Under the pieces are notes generated by a model that had not been told where the DNA came from, did no database searches, and was given only the letters and a program-made list of their open reading frames with translations. Below are positions 35,635 through 49,284 of a DNA stretch of 62,587 nt, piece by piece; within the stretch, counting starts at the first letter, position 1; each line of letters opens with the position of its first letter. The DNA is from Carcharhinus longimanus (lineage: Eukaryota). The position numbers were made by a program, and so were the translations under genes. The stretch covers positions 47,720,636 to 47,783,222 of the forward strand of contig JASCQW010000119.1 in the NCBI GenBank assembly GCA_030264375.1, read 5' to 3'.

Positions 35635-35980
35635 GCATGGAGGGCATGATTGAAGTATATAAAATTGAGGGACATACACAGAAAGCAACTCCTCCCTTAG
35701 AGGAGGGATCAGTGACCTGGGGGATAGATTTAAGGTAGGAGGTTTAGACGGGATCTGAGAGATTACTTTTTCACACACAATGATGGGAGTCTGGAACTTA
35801 GTGCCTGAAAGGGTGGTGGAGGCAGAGACCCTCATAACATGTAACAAATATTTTCATGTGTGCTTACAATGCCAATGCATAAAAGGTGATGGGCCAAGTG
35901 CTGGAAAATAGGATTTGAATGATTAGGTGGTTGTTTTGGCTGGCGCAGATGTGATGAATTGAAGGGCCTTTTCTGATGTA
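35635..35980 (+). mobile_element. CR1 3' fragment
   Basis: GGGGATAGATTTAAGGT...TTTTTCACACAC...GTCTGGAAC and CR1 tail. Confidence 0.8.
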
Positions 35981-36734
35981 GAGATCTGGAAATGGTGCTG
36001 CAACTCTTTGTGCTTCTGCTTTATTTATGGTCCTGTTGAAAAAGATGAATGTCCGAGAACCTTGGCAACAAAATGGAAGACAAGAGGTGATTAAGTAATT
36101 TCAAGCATAGATTTTAAAAGCATGAAATAAGGAAGTATTGAAGGTGGTAAGAAGTCCCAGAACTTTAAGAGCTTTACATCCTAAGAATTAAGGAGTTGGG
36201 GTGCAAAAACTGCCATAGATGTTGCTTTGAACACCAAAGAGGAAGGCTTTTTGCAATGGGGTACTTGAAGCTTAGACCGAATGAAGGTAACATTAGTATC
36301 AGTAAGGACAGAAAAAAATACATGATGGAGAGATATGTTGGAAGTCGGAAGTAAGAAAGGGGTCAGCTGTTAGATGTCAAACTGTGTCTTTTGTTCTGTT
36401 TAGAAGTAAGAATCAGTCCTTGAAATATCTTTGCATAAATGAGTGCAGCATCTTAGTTTTATTAGAGCGTTATTAAAAGTGGATGAGGGGAAAAAGTTTG
36501 CAAAAGGGCAGCTTCAAGTTTGGTAGAGTTGAGAAATTGTTTGAAGTTGAAACAAATAGATCCAGATTGATTTGCAGAGAGGTAAAGTTGGCACCATCAT
36601 GGTCATAACTGGTACTATTAGTTGCTAGAAACCTGAAACTGTGACACATTTGAAGAAGCCATATTCAGTCCATGGAGGAGACCATGGACCCTAAGATTCA
36701 GCTATTCCATTGAGAAGGCTAAATAAGACGCGGG

Positions 36735-37010
36735 TTGATGGGTTTTTGATAAGAGAGGGGATTAAGGGTTATGGGGAGAGGGCGGGAATGTAGAACTGAG
36801 CCACGACAGATCAGCCATGATCTTATTGAATGGCGGNNNNNNNNNNNNNNNNNNNNNNNNNNNNNNNNNNNNNNNNNNNNNNNNNNNNNNNNNNNNNNNN
36901 NNNNNNNNNNNNNNNNNNNNNNNNNNNNNNNNNNNNCATGATCTTATTGAATGGCGGGGCAGGCTCGAAGGGCTAGATGGCCTACTTCTGCTCCTATTTC
37001 TTATGTTCTT
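36735..37010 (+). mobile_element. Young CR1 3' end spanning a gap
   Basis: ATCTTATTGAATGGCGGGGCAGGCTCGAAGGGCTAGATGGCCTACT...TTCTTATGTTCTTA, shared with copies at 26921, 51338 and 52573 (minus). Confidence 0.85.
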
Positions 37011-37539
37011 ATAATGGATAAGCTATTTAATCAGTGGAATATGCCTTAGATGTAAAGAAGGAACAGAAGGAAGACCTCTTTTTGGAAAAATGTCTACTTT
37101 GAAAGAAAGACATTTTAAAAGGATGAGTCATTGACTGCAGTGTACAGATAGTGTTCATAGTTACCATTTATAACAGCAAGTTCTTTAGATGTGCCGAATG
37201 CTAGAAACTACCCATGAAATGCAAGGAAACAACCATTGGTTCAGCAAAGATTATTTCAGGAAGAGCATTGTCTTGTCAAGAGCATTGGCTCAGCAACAAA
37301 ATGGGTAGTGAAGTAGGCATGCTGAAGTCATGTTTATCACATCTGTAGAAGGTTGAGTATTTGGACAGGAATCATTTGAATTAATCACTGATCACTACTT
37401 TGAGCTGCAACTTTCAAGCAATAAATTGGCTTTTTACGTGGCTTGTTGAAGGGAATATGGTATTCCATCGAATCTGTGGCTAATGCATATTTTGATTGCG
37501 ACTAATCAGTTTCTGTGACACATTTAACTTAACCCACAT

Positions 37540-38268
37540 GATAAACTGTAAATAATTTTGTTAAAAAGACCAAATCAATGAGTTGGATATTTGCAGTAGA
37601 TGTGATTTATTTGAATTTTCAAAAGGCCGTGGATAAGACACCCCACAATAGACTAATAAACTTAGAGAAGGTGGAGCCAGGGCAAGTGGCAAAATGAGTT
37701 GCTAGTTAGCTTCTAGACTGGAAGCCGTGGGTGGATGTAATGTCTCAAGGATTACTGCTTTTCATAATTTAACAATTTGGACTTTGGATTAAAAAAAAAT
37801 TTGTAAATTTATGGACGACACCAAAGTAAGCAGGAGTTACCTATATTGATGAGGACTGCGCAAATTATAGGAGGACATTAATAAATTTGCAGAGTGGAGA
37901 AATAATTGGCAAATTAAATTCATGACCAATAATTGAGATGGAACATTTTGGTTGGAAGGATAGGGAGGTCATATGTTGCATGGGAGGTGTAAATCTGAGT
38001 GGGGTAGAGGAACAAAGGGATCTCTGGTTAGCAAGGCCATAAAATCTGGATTTCCAGCAGGATGGATTTGAATGTGGAAAAGTAATGTTGAACCTGTACC
38101 TAACTTCAGTTGGACTACATGCAGTTTGATTTGCCACATTATAAAGAAGATAGAGGCACAAGAGAGGATGCATTATAGGTTTACATGCATGATACCAGAA
38201 AAGCTTAGGTATACACATCAGGAAAGGATGACAGGCTGAGTCTCTTCTCTCTTGGGGGGTGGGAGTGA

Positions 38269-38299
<31 letters not shown>

Positions 38300-38660
38300 A
38301 AAGCCCAAGAGGTTACTTAGTAGTTCTTGAAAATTGAAATGTTTTGATAGGATGAATTTGGTGAGATTGTTTCCTTTTCTGGAGTCCATAATGACGAAAG
38401 GCCATCAATATAAGCGAGTTACCAAGAAATCCAATACTGAATTTGAAAGAAACTTCTTTACCCAAAGAGTGGTAAGGATGTGGAACTCACTGCCATGGAG
38501 CGGTTGAAGCAAATAGTACAGATATTTTTAAAAGGAAGCTAAATGCGCATTTGAAGGCGAAGGGAATAGATGGACAGAATGGTAGATTTAGATGAGGAAG
38601 AATGATAGGAGGCTCGGGTACAGCATAAACACCGGCATGGTCTGTTTGTGTTGTGTATCT
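37540..38660 (+). mobile_element. Degenerate CR1 RT-to-3' fragment containing (GT)12 at 38269-38292
   Basis: DVIYLNFQKA-like, FMDDTK and RNFFTQRVVRMWNSLP remnants. Confidence 0.8.
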
Positions 38661-39184
38661 GATGTACATACTGGCAGCCCATCTAAGTGGGTTGGCAATG
38701 TCATGACCAATTGATTGTGAAATAAGTTGATACGTCACTACAGAAGCGAAGAGAACTTGTTTCTCTCCTCTCTCCCCCATTTCAGTTATCTACCTTAAAT
38801 GGTTTGTTTGATTTCGGTTTTTAAAATGAGAATCAATCATTGTTTGTATCAATTAATAGTATTAGGCACCCAACGAAGAATAGAATGAGTTCTTGGAATA
38901 TGTGCTGGTTTTCTCAATAAAGTACCATATTCTGAGATCACTGAGTCAAATGGTGGAGTATGACAGAGCAGCACAGGTAGACTTCCAATCTTAGTTTTCT
39001 TCCTCCCTCCTGTATTGTGGAAATATCTCCTTGCTGAAAACCAAGTTTTGATTGTGTTTTTTGTTGTGTAATGATTTTAACAACTATCCTTCACTTTATA
39101 ATACTGGTAGGGAAAGGATATGTTTTGTTTTGCCACTTGTATCCGACTTAGTGTGTGTCGTGACATTTTTGTGTTCTGAAAATT

Positions 39185-41670
39185 AATGGGAATAAAGACA
39201 GGTCTCCTGTATCTAAAGACCTGCATCCTTTGGGCCTTAAAAGGAAGTGGCTGCAGAGATGATTATAATCTTTCAAAATTGCCTAGATTTTGGAAAAATA
39301 TCAGTGGGAAGGAAAACCATCAACGTACCATTATTCAGAAGAAAGAGGGTGACTGAAAGCGGGAAACAAAAGTTAACGTAACATCTGTCGTTGGGAAAAT
39401 ATAGAATCCATTCATTATTAAAGAGGTAGTAATCAGACATTTAGAAAATTTAATGCAACGAATCAAAATCAACATGGTTATGTGACAGAAAATTGTGTTT
39501 GACAAATTTGAGTATTTTGAGGATGTAACAAGAAGGCTCAAGATTGGGAAATAATTGATTTAGTGTGTTTGGATTAAGTTGTTTGATAGGTGCCACATAA
39601 AAGGTCATTGCACAAGAGAGGGTTGGCTACCTAACAGGAAACAGTGAATTTGGATAAATGGGTCATTTTCAGGTTGGCAAACTATAGCTCATGGAATGCT
39701 GCAGAGATCCATGCTGGGACCTCAACCAATTGCAATTTGTTAATTATTTGGATGAAGAAACATCCTGTGTTGTACAGGAGCATTCTGTGTTGTAGCAGAA
39801 TTTGCTAATGACGCAAAGACAGATAGGAAAGTAAATTGTGAGGAGGATACAAATAATCTGCAAAGGGATATTAATGGGTTAAGTGAGAAGGCATAAAATT
39901 GGCAAATGGAATGTAATGTGGAAATGAGGTTGTCCACTTGGTCAGGAATAACAGAAAGCAGAATGTTATTTAAATGAAGAGTGTCCACAGAATGTTACAA
40001 TGCAGTGTTATCTGAATGCCCTTGAACATGAATTTCAAATGATTAGTTTGTGAATATGTTAATCAGGCAAATGGATTGTTGTCATTTATTGTGAGGGGGT
40101 TGGGTATAAAAACTGGGGAGTCCTGCTCCAGCAGTACAGGGTTTTGGTGAGATCGCACCTGGACTATTGTATACAGATGTGGTTTCTTAAGGATGAATTT
40201 ATTTGTATTAGTGGCATTTCAGAGAAGGTTCACGAGGCTGATTCCTGACATTTTAATGTGTGATGTGATTGAAGGAGGGTTGTGACTGTGAGTGAGGTAG
40301 GTAAGGTGATCAAGAATACAGAGGTGAAGGAGCCTCAACTTTTGCAGTAGTCCAACATATTAGTGTTTCCTATAGCTTGTGGGGCTAAAGTGGGCACTGT
40401 AGTGTGGATGAGTGAACTAATGAAGGCACTGTGGTACAAGAAACCATTCAAGTTTTGGTGGGGTTGAGGAGAGGGGAGACAGGAGTTAATTGGAATGCAT
40501 TGGCTATAGGGAAGTGTGAATGTGGTGCACTTGGATTTCCAGAAGGCATTTGACAAGGTGCTACATCAAAGGTTACCATGCAAAATAACTTCTGGTGTAA
40601 GGAATTAACATATTAGCATAGGAAGAAAACTGGTTAGGCTTAACCGGAAACTGCAAGTAGGCACAATTGGGTCATCTTCACATTGGCAACATGTAATGAG
40701 TGGCATGTCACAGGGATGAGAGCTGGAGTCTCAACTAATTGTCATCTGTATCAATGATTTGGATGAAGGAACCGAATGTCTGGTTGCTAAATTTGCTGAT
40801 GGCACAATGGTGGGTAGGAAAATAACTTGTGAAGAGGACTTAGGGAGCCTGCAAAAAGATATAGATGAGTTAAGTGAAAGTAGAAAAATGGCATCTCGAG
40901 TATTAAGTGGGATAATGTGAATTTGTCCACTTCGGCAGGAAAAAAACAGTATATTAATTAAATGGAGAAAGATTGCACAGTACAGGGAGATCTGGGTGTC
41001 CTGGTACTTGAATGACAAAGTTAGTATGTAAGTAAAGTAAATGATGATGAAAACAAATGGAATGTTGTTGCATGGGGAACAGAATATGAAAGTATGGATA
41101 TTTTGCTGCAGTTCTGCAGGGCATTGGTGAGTCCACAAGTACAGTGGTATGTAATGTTTGGATTTCTTATTTAAGAAAGATAATTGTATTGAAAACAGTT
41201 CAGAGAAGGTTCAGTTGGCTGATTCCTGAGATGGTGGGGGGAATCTTCTGAGGAATGGTTGGATAGGCTGGGCCCATATCCATTGGAGTTTAGGAGAATG
41301 AAAAGTGATCTTATTGAAACATTATCAGATCCTAAGGATCTTCACAGAGTGAATGCTGAAAGGATGCTTTCTCTTTTGGGAGAGACTAGAATCAGGAGGC
41401 ACAGCTTAAAAATAAGGGGTCTTCCATTTAAGATGGAGATGATGATTTTTTTTCTCTGGAGGGTCATGAGTCTGTGGAACTCTGAGAGCAGTGGAGGGAA
41501 GGTCACTGAATATTTTGAAGGCAGAGGTAGATTTTTGGTTAACAAGGAGCCAAAGCGTCCAGGGATGGTAGGAAAGTGGAGTTGAGGCTTAATCAGATTG
41601 TCATGATCTTATTGAATGGTGGTGGAGCAAAATTGAAGGGCTGAATGGCCTATTCATCCTAGTTCATATA
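39185..41670 (+). mobile_element. Two tandem degenerate CR1 RT fragments (about 39185-40250 and 40505-41670)
   Basis: LDFQKAFDKV, KFADG/FANDA and LEFRRMKSDLIET...TRIRRHSLKI remnants; CR1 tail at 41590-41670. Confidence 0.85.
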
Positions 41671-44659
41671 TACGTTCGTTAACTTCACAATTCAGTTCTT
41701 TAACCTAAAAGACAGTGATAATTCAGTGGTATTTACAATAGTAACAACTGGCATATATTTTCTACGAATCAAAAATGGCTTGCAATAGTGAAGATAATAG
41801 TTGGCTTGCAATGCATTATTAAAATTTAAGCTTTGCTGCAACAACTTGACACTACATACCCTCATGCAAATCTTGTATCTGCCAGCTACTCCCTGTGTAT
41901 TTTATTAAATATTTGAAATCTAATTATTTAAGAGAAAATGTAACATGGTTTTACATTATGATCCTTTACATTTTAAATTTAGTGAGACAAAATTTGCTGT
42001 AAATACAGAAGCTGTGTGCTCTTTCATGCCCATTATTGGGTAGGGATTGGAATTGCTGATGGGAACGTTTCTAACTCTGTTTTATTTGTTAATGCTGTAA
42101 CACCCCAGAAGCCAAATAACCTATTGGTTATAGTTCTGGCCAGTAATCTGTTGAGGTTGTGACCTCAAAAGTGCTGCCATGGCAAATTCTAATTTGTTCG
42201 TGGGATGTAAAAGTTGCTGGCAAGGCCAGCATTTATTGCCCATTCCTAATTAGCTAATTTCCCTTGAAGTACCTCTGCAGTCCACATGATTGGGTAAATC
42301 CAGAGAGCTGTTTGGGATGCTACTTTTCTGTAGCAATTTATAGTGGCTTATTTGACCATTTCAGAAGGCAACAAAAAGCCAGTCACATTGCTGCGTGTCT
42401 GGGTGTGATGTAGGTTCAAGTCAGGTAAGGATGGCTTTCCTTCCCTGAAGGTAAACAAATTAAATGGGTTTATGACAATCAGACAGTTTCTCTGTTTTTG
42501 CCCCCAATCCCACTGCTGATTTGTAATATTCTTGTCAGTCTGTCTATGTTAAGGCCAATGTTCATCTGTTGATCTGTGAAAAAGCGAGTACCGCCTTAAT
42601 CATTAATCAGTGGGCATAGTGGAAATAATTGCATTACATTCTATGCACAAGGTGTATAAATTACACAGATCACCTGATCCACTTGTCAATGTAAAAGGTT
42701 CCAATAATGGAAAAAATTTGAGATTGTGAACTAACATTTCAGCTCTCCGCTTGTGTAGGGAATCAGTACAGTTTCTACTCTTCTACATTATATGGTTTAG
42801 CAAAACAGCTTCTCAGTTTTTTCACTTTTCGGTAATGGCATCTGGTATTGTTCCTGTTCAACACTGGTGAGGTGCAAGCCCCTGTTACTCACCTCCACCC
42901 CCTGCTCATGTTTTGTCAAATGATAACCTCTAAGGTGCAACGCTTCCCTTTGGAAAGTCAGGATATGATCACCAAGTTATGAGAAAATATGACAGAAATT
43001 TGGCATTGCTATCTAGAAAACAGGTGCTAAAGTAATATACAAAAATGTCAATTTATAATATTTTCCTTTATTATGGGGAAAATTTTAATACAAAGAACCA
43101 TGTACAATGGCATTGCAAATAGAGGAGTGTAAATGCAAATACTTGAATTGTTTTGGTACTGCAACAACTGGCAGATGACTGTCGGATGAATACCGTAAGA
43201 TGGGTTTCCTTACCCTGAACTGTCATTTAACTTGTCAATCTTAATTGAATTTTCAAAGGCAGCATGTTAGTTTTTCCAGTGTACTTCAGCATCATGATGT
43301 TTTCAGGTGCACTGCAGCTAGTGTAACTTTCTATTATCAATAGATCTGGTGTAAGAATTTAGAAGGTGTGAATGCTGTCCAGTTATGTTTAACTTCAATG
43401 TTTTGCAACCTGTTTTTCCCTCCTCAGTGTTCAGATTTTTTACCTGCTGTACTCCATTTGTCCATTTCTTTTCTTTACTTGAGGCACGGTGATATTTGCC
43501 CTGACACCATTTGCACCCTTAAGGGTTCTAATTTCTTGACTCGAGTGAACATGGCCTGTGTTTGAATGCTATTTAGTATTGGAATTTTTGCTTCTGAATC
43601 CTGAAAACTTGCATTTTGGGACTGCAAACTGGGACTTCTCCTAATCCACATTTTGTTCCTTTTTATTGTCCATCTAGGTGTGTTCTTGCTTTGTAATATA
43701 ATCACTCGATCTTTTGAAATCTTGATGTTAACACACAGGCCATTTGGCCTATCTGATCTGAGCCAGTGTTGCTTTCGTTAGGGCATCGAGTTTATCCCAC
43801 GCCCTCGCACCTCATATTTTTCTATTTTGTAATTTATTTTCTAGAAAGTAACCCCACTTTAAAAGACTCACTGGACTCTCATTTCATTAGTACTTGTATC
43901 AGGACTTTTTCCTATTCTCACCTCAGCCCACTCCCAATACAACATTTCATCAACTTGAAGGTAACCATCACATCACCCTTTTTCTGCTTTAGTGAAAAAG
44001 CTGTAATATTAGTTAGTGTCTCTCTATAAATGTTAAACCCTCCCTGATAACGATAATGAAAACACCTAATGAGAACAACTTGCATCTTTATAGCACATTT
44101 AATATAGAAAAATGCCCTAAATTTGGTGTAATCAGAAATGAAGGAATCTAGAGCCATAAGAACTACTTGGGAAAGGTGATCTCAAGATTGGGCAAAGAGA
44201 TTTAATTTAAGGTGGGTCTTAAAGGAATCCTTCTGAGTCTTCCCTTTGCTTTTATATCCTTCAATTTATTGGTTGTTCATTTTTCCAAATAATAAAGTTG
44301 AATATTACTTCCTTGAGTTTCAGAATGACAAGGTAATATCGCAGACAACTCCAACATATAATGAATTTAAAAGGAAATTGCTGACAAAACACTTCTGTGA
44401 AGTAACCATTCTTTAAAAATAATTTTAATTGTTTTGTGTTTGAAAATTGAACATTTAAGTGGTAGAATTCTTCCTGTTTGTTACCCTTTTATTATCTCCT
44501 TTTGTCGTTTGAATCTTGTTTCCTAGATAGATTGATCATCTAGTGGATCTGTAATTGTTTCACAGCTTTCCGGTTAATGTCTGCATTGCTTTTGTGGTGA
44601 ATTGGAAATGTGTTTTCTGCCTGCTTTGAACAGTTATATTTAGGTTTCTTCTTGTATCC

Positions 44660-44790
44660 AGCAGCTGAAACTGTGATGAAAAGTCATCAACCCTAAAAAA
44701 AACCTCTCTCTCTCCCCACAGACAACCTGCCGAGTGCTTTTGGCAATTTCTGTTTTTATTTCAGATTTCCAGCATCTACAGTATTTTGCT
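44660..44790 (+). mobile_element. Degenerate Penelope terminal repeat
   Basis: GTGATGAAAAGTCA...CTCTCCCCACAGA...TTTCAGATTTCCAGCATCT, homologous to 59740-59842. Confidence 0.6.
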
Positions 44791-45227
44791 TTTGTGTTTG
44801 TACCTGAGAATGTTGTTCGCCCAAGGAAGAGTACTTGATATTGCTTGTATGAATAAGATTCAATATTCCTTGTAATTATAATGGTGATTATTTTTGTAAT
44901 TAAAATATTTTTATTCATAGATTTGTGCTGAATTATATGTAACTTACCGCTTCAAATCATAGTGGATTCCAAACTTGGTTTCAGGGAAACAAACTTATCA
45001 ATTTGGTTAAAATAATGTGTCTGACAAGCGATACACTTTAACGTGCTTTCAGAAAGATACACTGCCTGGAGCATCTCGTGCAACTTCTAAAAGGTGCAAG
45101 TCCTCAATGTAGCACTTCCTTGTTGTTGCTGATATAGTTGCTCCTCTTATTCTCACCACCCCCCAACACCTTCTCTGAAAGAGGATGTAGACAGTCAGCC
45201 TACTCCCTGCCTGTACCTTTGTAAGAA

Positions 45228-45525
45228 CGTACAACTTAGGAACAGAAGTAGGTCATTTGGCCCCTTGAGCCTGTTAAGCCATTTGGCGGATCTAATTGTG
45301 GCCTCGGCTTTACTTACCTGCCTACCCCACATATTTTTTGACTTGCTTATCAATCAGGAATCTTAGATATTCAGTGACCCTGCCCCCACTATTATCTGGG
45401 AAGACAATTCCACAGACTATCCTTAGAGAAAAAACATTTTAAATGGCAGATCCCTGATTTTTAAATTGTGCCCCTTGGTTCTAGCCTCCCCCATAAGGGG
45501 AAACATCCTGTCCGTATCCACCCAT
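45228..45525 (-). mobile_element. CR1 3' fragment
   Basis: Reverse-complement CR1 tail (AGGAACAGAAGTAGGTCATTTGGCCCCTTGAGCC). Confidence 0.7.
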
Positions 45526-45984
45526 AAATGTCAGTTAATTAAATGACCATTCTGGGGTATCTTTCACAAGTTTTCATTTGCTCTATAAAAAGAAAATTAC
45601 AAATTCTCAGTTTGGCAGCATTTCTGAAGCAAGGTGCAAAATTTGTATGGAGGGAATTGCTTTTGTCTGAATCTGATAACTCAGAAATGGAAGGAAATAT
45701 GGATGGAATAATGTTTTCAAGTTACTGTGAAGATCAACTTTCGGCTTTTATTTGCACATATTTTAAAAGCACATATTCCTTCCATTATTACAAGGATAGT
45801 TTTATTTCAAATATTCTCCTCTGCTATTCAAAATAGTTAAATTGCTTTTTTAGTTAACACAAAATACTGAAGGTAACAATTCTTTTTTTCATGCAGCATT
45901 ATACTCATTTCCATCGTCAATCATTTGTAGCTTAATTATGTTTATTCTTCAGAGAATTTATTTTTAAAATTTTTATTAATTTAG

Positions 45985-46105
45985 AAAGATGCACTGTTAT
46001 GGCCCAAAAACATGCCCATTGGCGATGGTGAAAGTTATGATGATGGACCTGACTTGGAGAGCTGTGACTCTAATGAAACCAGTACTACAGGCGAAGAAAA
46101 TGATG
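45985..46105 (+). CDS. ASXL1: ASXL1 exon 5 (121 nt, phase 0 to 1): KDALLWPKNMPIGDGESYDDGPDLESCDSNETSTTGEEND
   Basis: aatttag|AAAGAT...GATG|gtatgt. Aligns to human ASXL1 KDALQW...DVESCGSNEASTVSGEND as recalled, and the phases match the neighbouring exons. Confidence 0.93.
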
Positions 46106-46776
46106 GTATGTGACAGTTTGCTTAAAACCATAAAAACCAAAGCAGTAATGATCATGTGCCAATTATTGAATAAATTTAGATAGGATTATCTGCGTATGAA
46201 ATCCAGGAGGAACCATCAGTTGAAAAATTGCCACAAAGGGATTGAGGGAAGTCATCAGAAGAAATTATTTTATAATGAGGTTGTTAGAACATGAAAACTT
46301 TGCCAGAGGGAGTTGAGGTGGGAGCCATTGTGCCTTTTAAGAGAATTGGCTAACTATCTAAAGCAGAGGAAGGTACGAGGCTACTGGGCAGCAGGGCTGT
46401 GAACTGGCTTTATCATTTAAGCTATAGATTTGCCCACTTTTCTAAACTTGTGCTGGAGAATGATTGCACTAAAGTCTTAAAGGGGAATTCAGATATTCAA
46501 GGCATGAAACGCATTTTGTTTTTGGAGGTGTCCTGAGTTTGCAGAATGCAATTTGGTGAATTTTAAGCATTTTTATAATTTGCAATTGGTTTTTTTTTAA
46601 TGCTTTTATAAAAAAAAAGGAAAACTGAAATATATTCTAAAACCATATTGAACAAATTGTCTTTGCGATTTAGTTGCATCTGTGAATGCTAATTGCCAGT
46701 ATTGATGAAGCAGTGTGTGTGATGAACAAGAGAAGGGGGGAGTAATCTTAAACACTTTCCTTCACTCCATAATTAG

Positions 46777-46883
46777 CGTCACCGGTGTCTGATGAGAGTT
46801 CCTCAAATGCGTCATGTTCCACTGATATTCAAGGCAAACAGGTGTCTCCTGGCAAGCAGAACAGTCACAAAGCAACCCAGCAG
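46777..46883 (+). CDS. ASXL1: ASXL1 exon 6 (107 nt, phase 1 to 0): (A)SPVSDESSSNASCSTDIQGKQVSPGKQNSHKATQQ
   Basis: aattag|CGTCA...CAGCAG|gtaagt. DESSSNASCST matches the ASXL1-type DETSSNASCST. Confidence 0.93.
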
Positions 46884-49284
46884 GTAAGTGAGGTCCTTTT
46901 TGATAAATTTGTACTGCAGCAGGAACAATTCACAACCTATCAATTTTAGAAACTGTTAAGGACGTGGAGTTTTGCCTAAATACTTTAAGGCAATAGTAAC
47001 TGATGTACATCAGTGGAAAACCTATTGGCGAATGACTGCTTAAAAATTGAAATGTAAGCTGGCGCTGAGCCTTGATTGCTTGTAAGGCTTTCTGGTTTCC
47101 TCCCCAGAGCCGTGTTGCTTAGCAGCACTTAGCAGTATTAGCAAGTTGCATAGCTGCACTGGATCTGAAAGGGCTACTGAAGAGTTGGACTGTGCTTTTG
47201 TATCTAATAATTACATGGATTTGTTTTTCCAGATGCAGAACCCCACAACTTAAGACGCCTTCTTGAATGTTTTGTCCAAAGGAGTGATTTAATTCTTTGC
47301 TATTTAACGTGCAGGCTCCTCAACTGGATTACCATCTGACTATAGATGTTATACACTTACATGTTTAATTTAATTTTTATTTTGTATGAAAGAATCATGA
47401 AGTCAGATTTCACCCATCAACACTGGATGGCTGTTATACTGAAGTATTCTGGAGCAGTTGTGCTATATCCATTTACAATGTTTTCATTTTACAATAGAAT
47501 AGTTTTTTTGAAAAAAACTAATTCATTCTCTGCTTGTGAGCATTGCTGAAAAGGCTACTTATTGCTCATCCGTCGTTTGCCTTGAGGACGTGATGTACTG
47601 CCTTGCACTGCTGCAGCTTGTGTGGTTGAAGATGCTTTCACAGTGTAGATAGTTAAGGAATTTCATATTTAGATCTAGCGTTGCATTGTATGATGAAACT
47701 AATCGGAATAGGGTGACTGATGGGTTCATTGGTATTAGTTTGAGATGTCAGCTTTTCCTAGTCACAAACATTATGCCATTGCTGATATGGAAACTGTTTG
47801 CAGAATGGATAAGAAATATCAATTAATTGTAAGCTAACTTTGATTCCCTAATTTATTCCTGTGCAAATCTGATTTGTTTGTAATGTCCTAGTGAAGCAAT
47901 TTGCACATTAAAATCAAGATGTGTGTTGGGAGAGTTGAATCAGAAATATATGCTTGTAGATTGTGCACACATTAGCTGTTGAACAATCAAGATTTTCCTA
48001 ATATAACACTGCATTTAGATATTCTGAAGATATTTCACAAAGCATTAGCAGTAGAGCAAAATGATGCCCTGTGTTAATTCATTTTTCTGAATGTTCTATG
48101 GCAATTTTTTTTGTTTTAATTGGTTTAATCTTAATTTGATATATTGTCATAATTAGCACACAGTTGTACTTGTTTGGGCTTCTTATTGCAAATTAACTAA
48201 AGCATAGAACGGTTACAACATAGAAGGAAGCTATGTGGCCCATCATGTTTGGCTATCTGCAAGAGCCACTTGTATGCACACTCACACCCTGCAAAACTGT
48301 GTAGGCTGTCAGAATTGTAAAAGGAACAAGACTTTTATAAAATTCTTTACTGTGTTTGTATCAATATTGGTATGCATCTGTCATAAGAATGTAAAGTTTG
48401 AAACTGTTCTCTTTGGCCTGCAGGTGTTCATCCAATTAGCTACTAGATTTAATCCAATAGTTAATGGCTGAACGACCAACAGCTTTTTCATTGAAGCTGA
48501 GTCAGTTCTTCCTAGTTTGTTACCAGCTCACTTAATACTGAACACTGAATATCCTTGAAGTGCAGTTAATAATGTGAAGAATGTGCACTGGCATAGGACA
48601 GTGGGTAAAGTACCTGATTCAGTAATGTAAATTCTGTTGTAGCATCACCCTTTTCAGGCTATATAGTAAATTCTGCCATTGCGAGTGAAACCCCACATCC
48701 TGAAATTTATTTTTACAACTTGCCATTTTATGTAAAGCCAAAGATAAATGAGAAGGAAATGTCCAGTTGTGTTTTTGGATGAGGGAGCTATGTTGACCAT
48801 AATAAAGTACATCTGGAATTTCAGTTATGTATAATTTGAGAAAACATTCCACGCCCATTCTTATTTTCTTGCACCCTCACTTCCATTATCTTAAATCTTT
48901 GGGAGAATCAATTTTCTTCATGTCCTTGACCAGGGTTGCAAAGCAGTTTGTATTTTGGTTGTTCAAATTAAGTGGATTTCAGCGTAGAATGGTTGATGAC
49001 ACATTGTTTCATTAAAAATGAAAGATGCAAGTGAGTTTGAGTACAGTTTGACTTTCAAGTCTGGAAACGCATATCCCACTCTGGAGAACTTCACTCCATG
49101 ATCTCTAACATCATAGTCCCTAAAACTAAACAGCTGACTTTTATCTCCTTCCTAAAATTCTTACACGAGTCTAAACTGGTCAGTGTATTGTTACAGCTAG
49201 TTCCTGTCGAACTGAACTAATTTCTTCTCATTTTGGCTTACTTTTTCTTCCTTTGTTCAACCTCTTCCCAGCTACATGGTACCA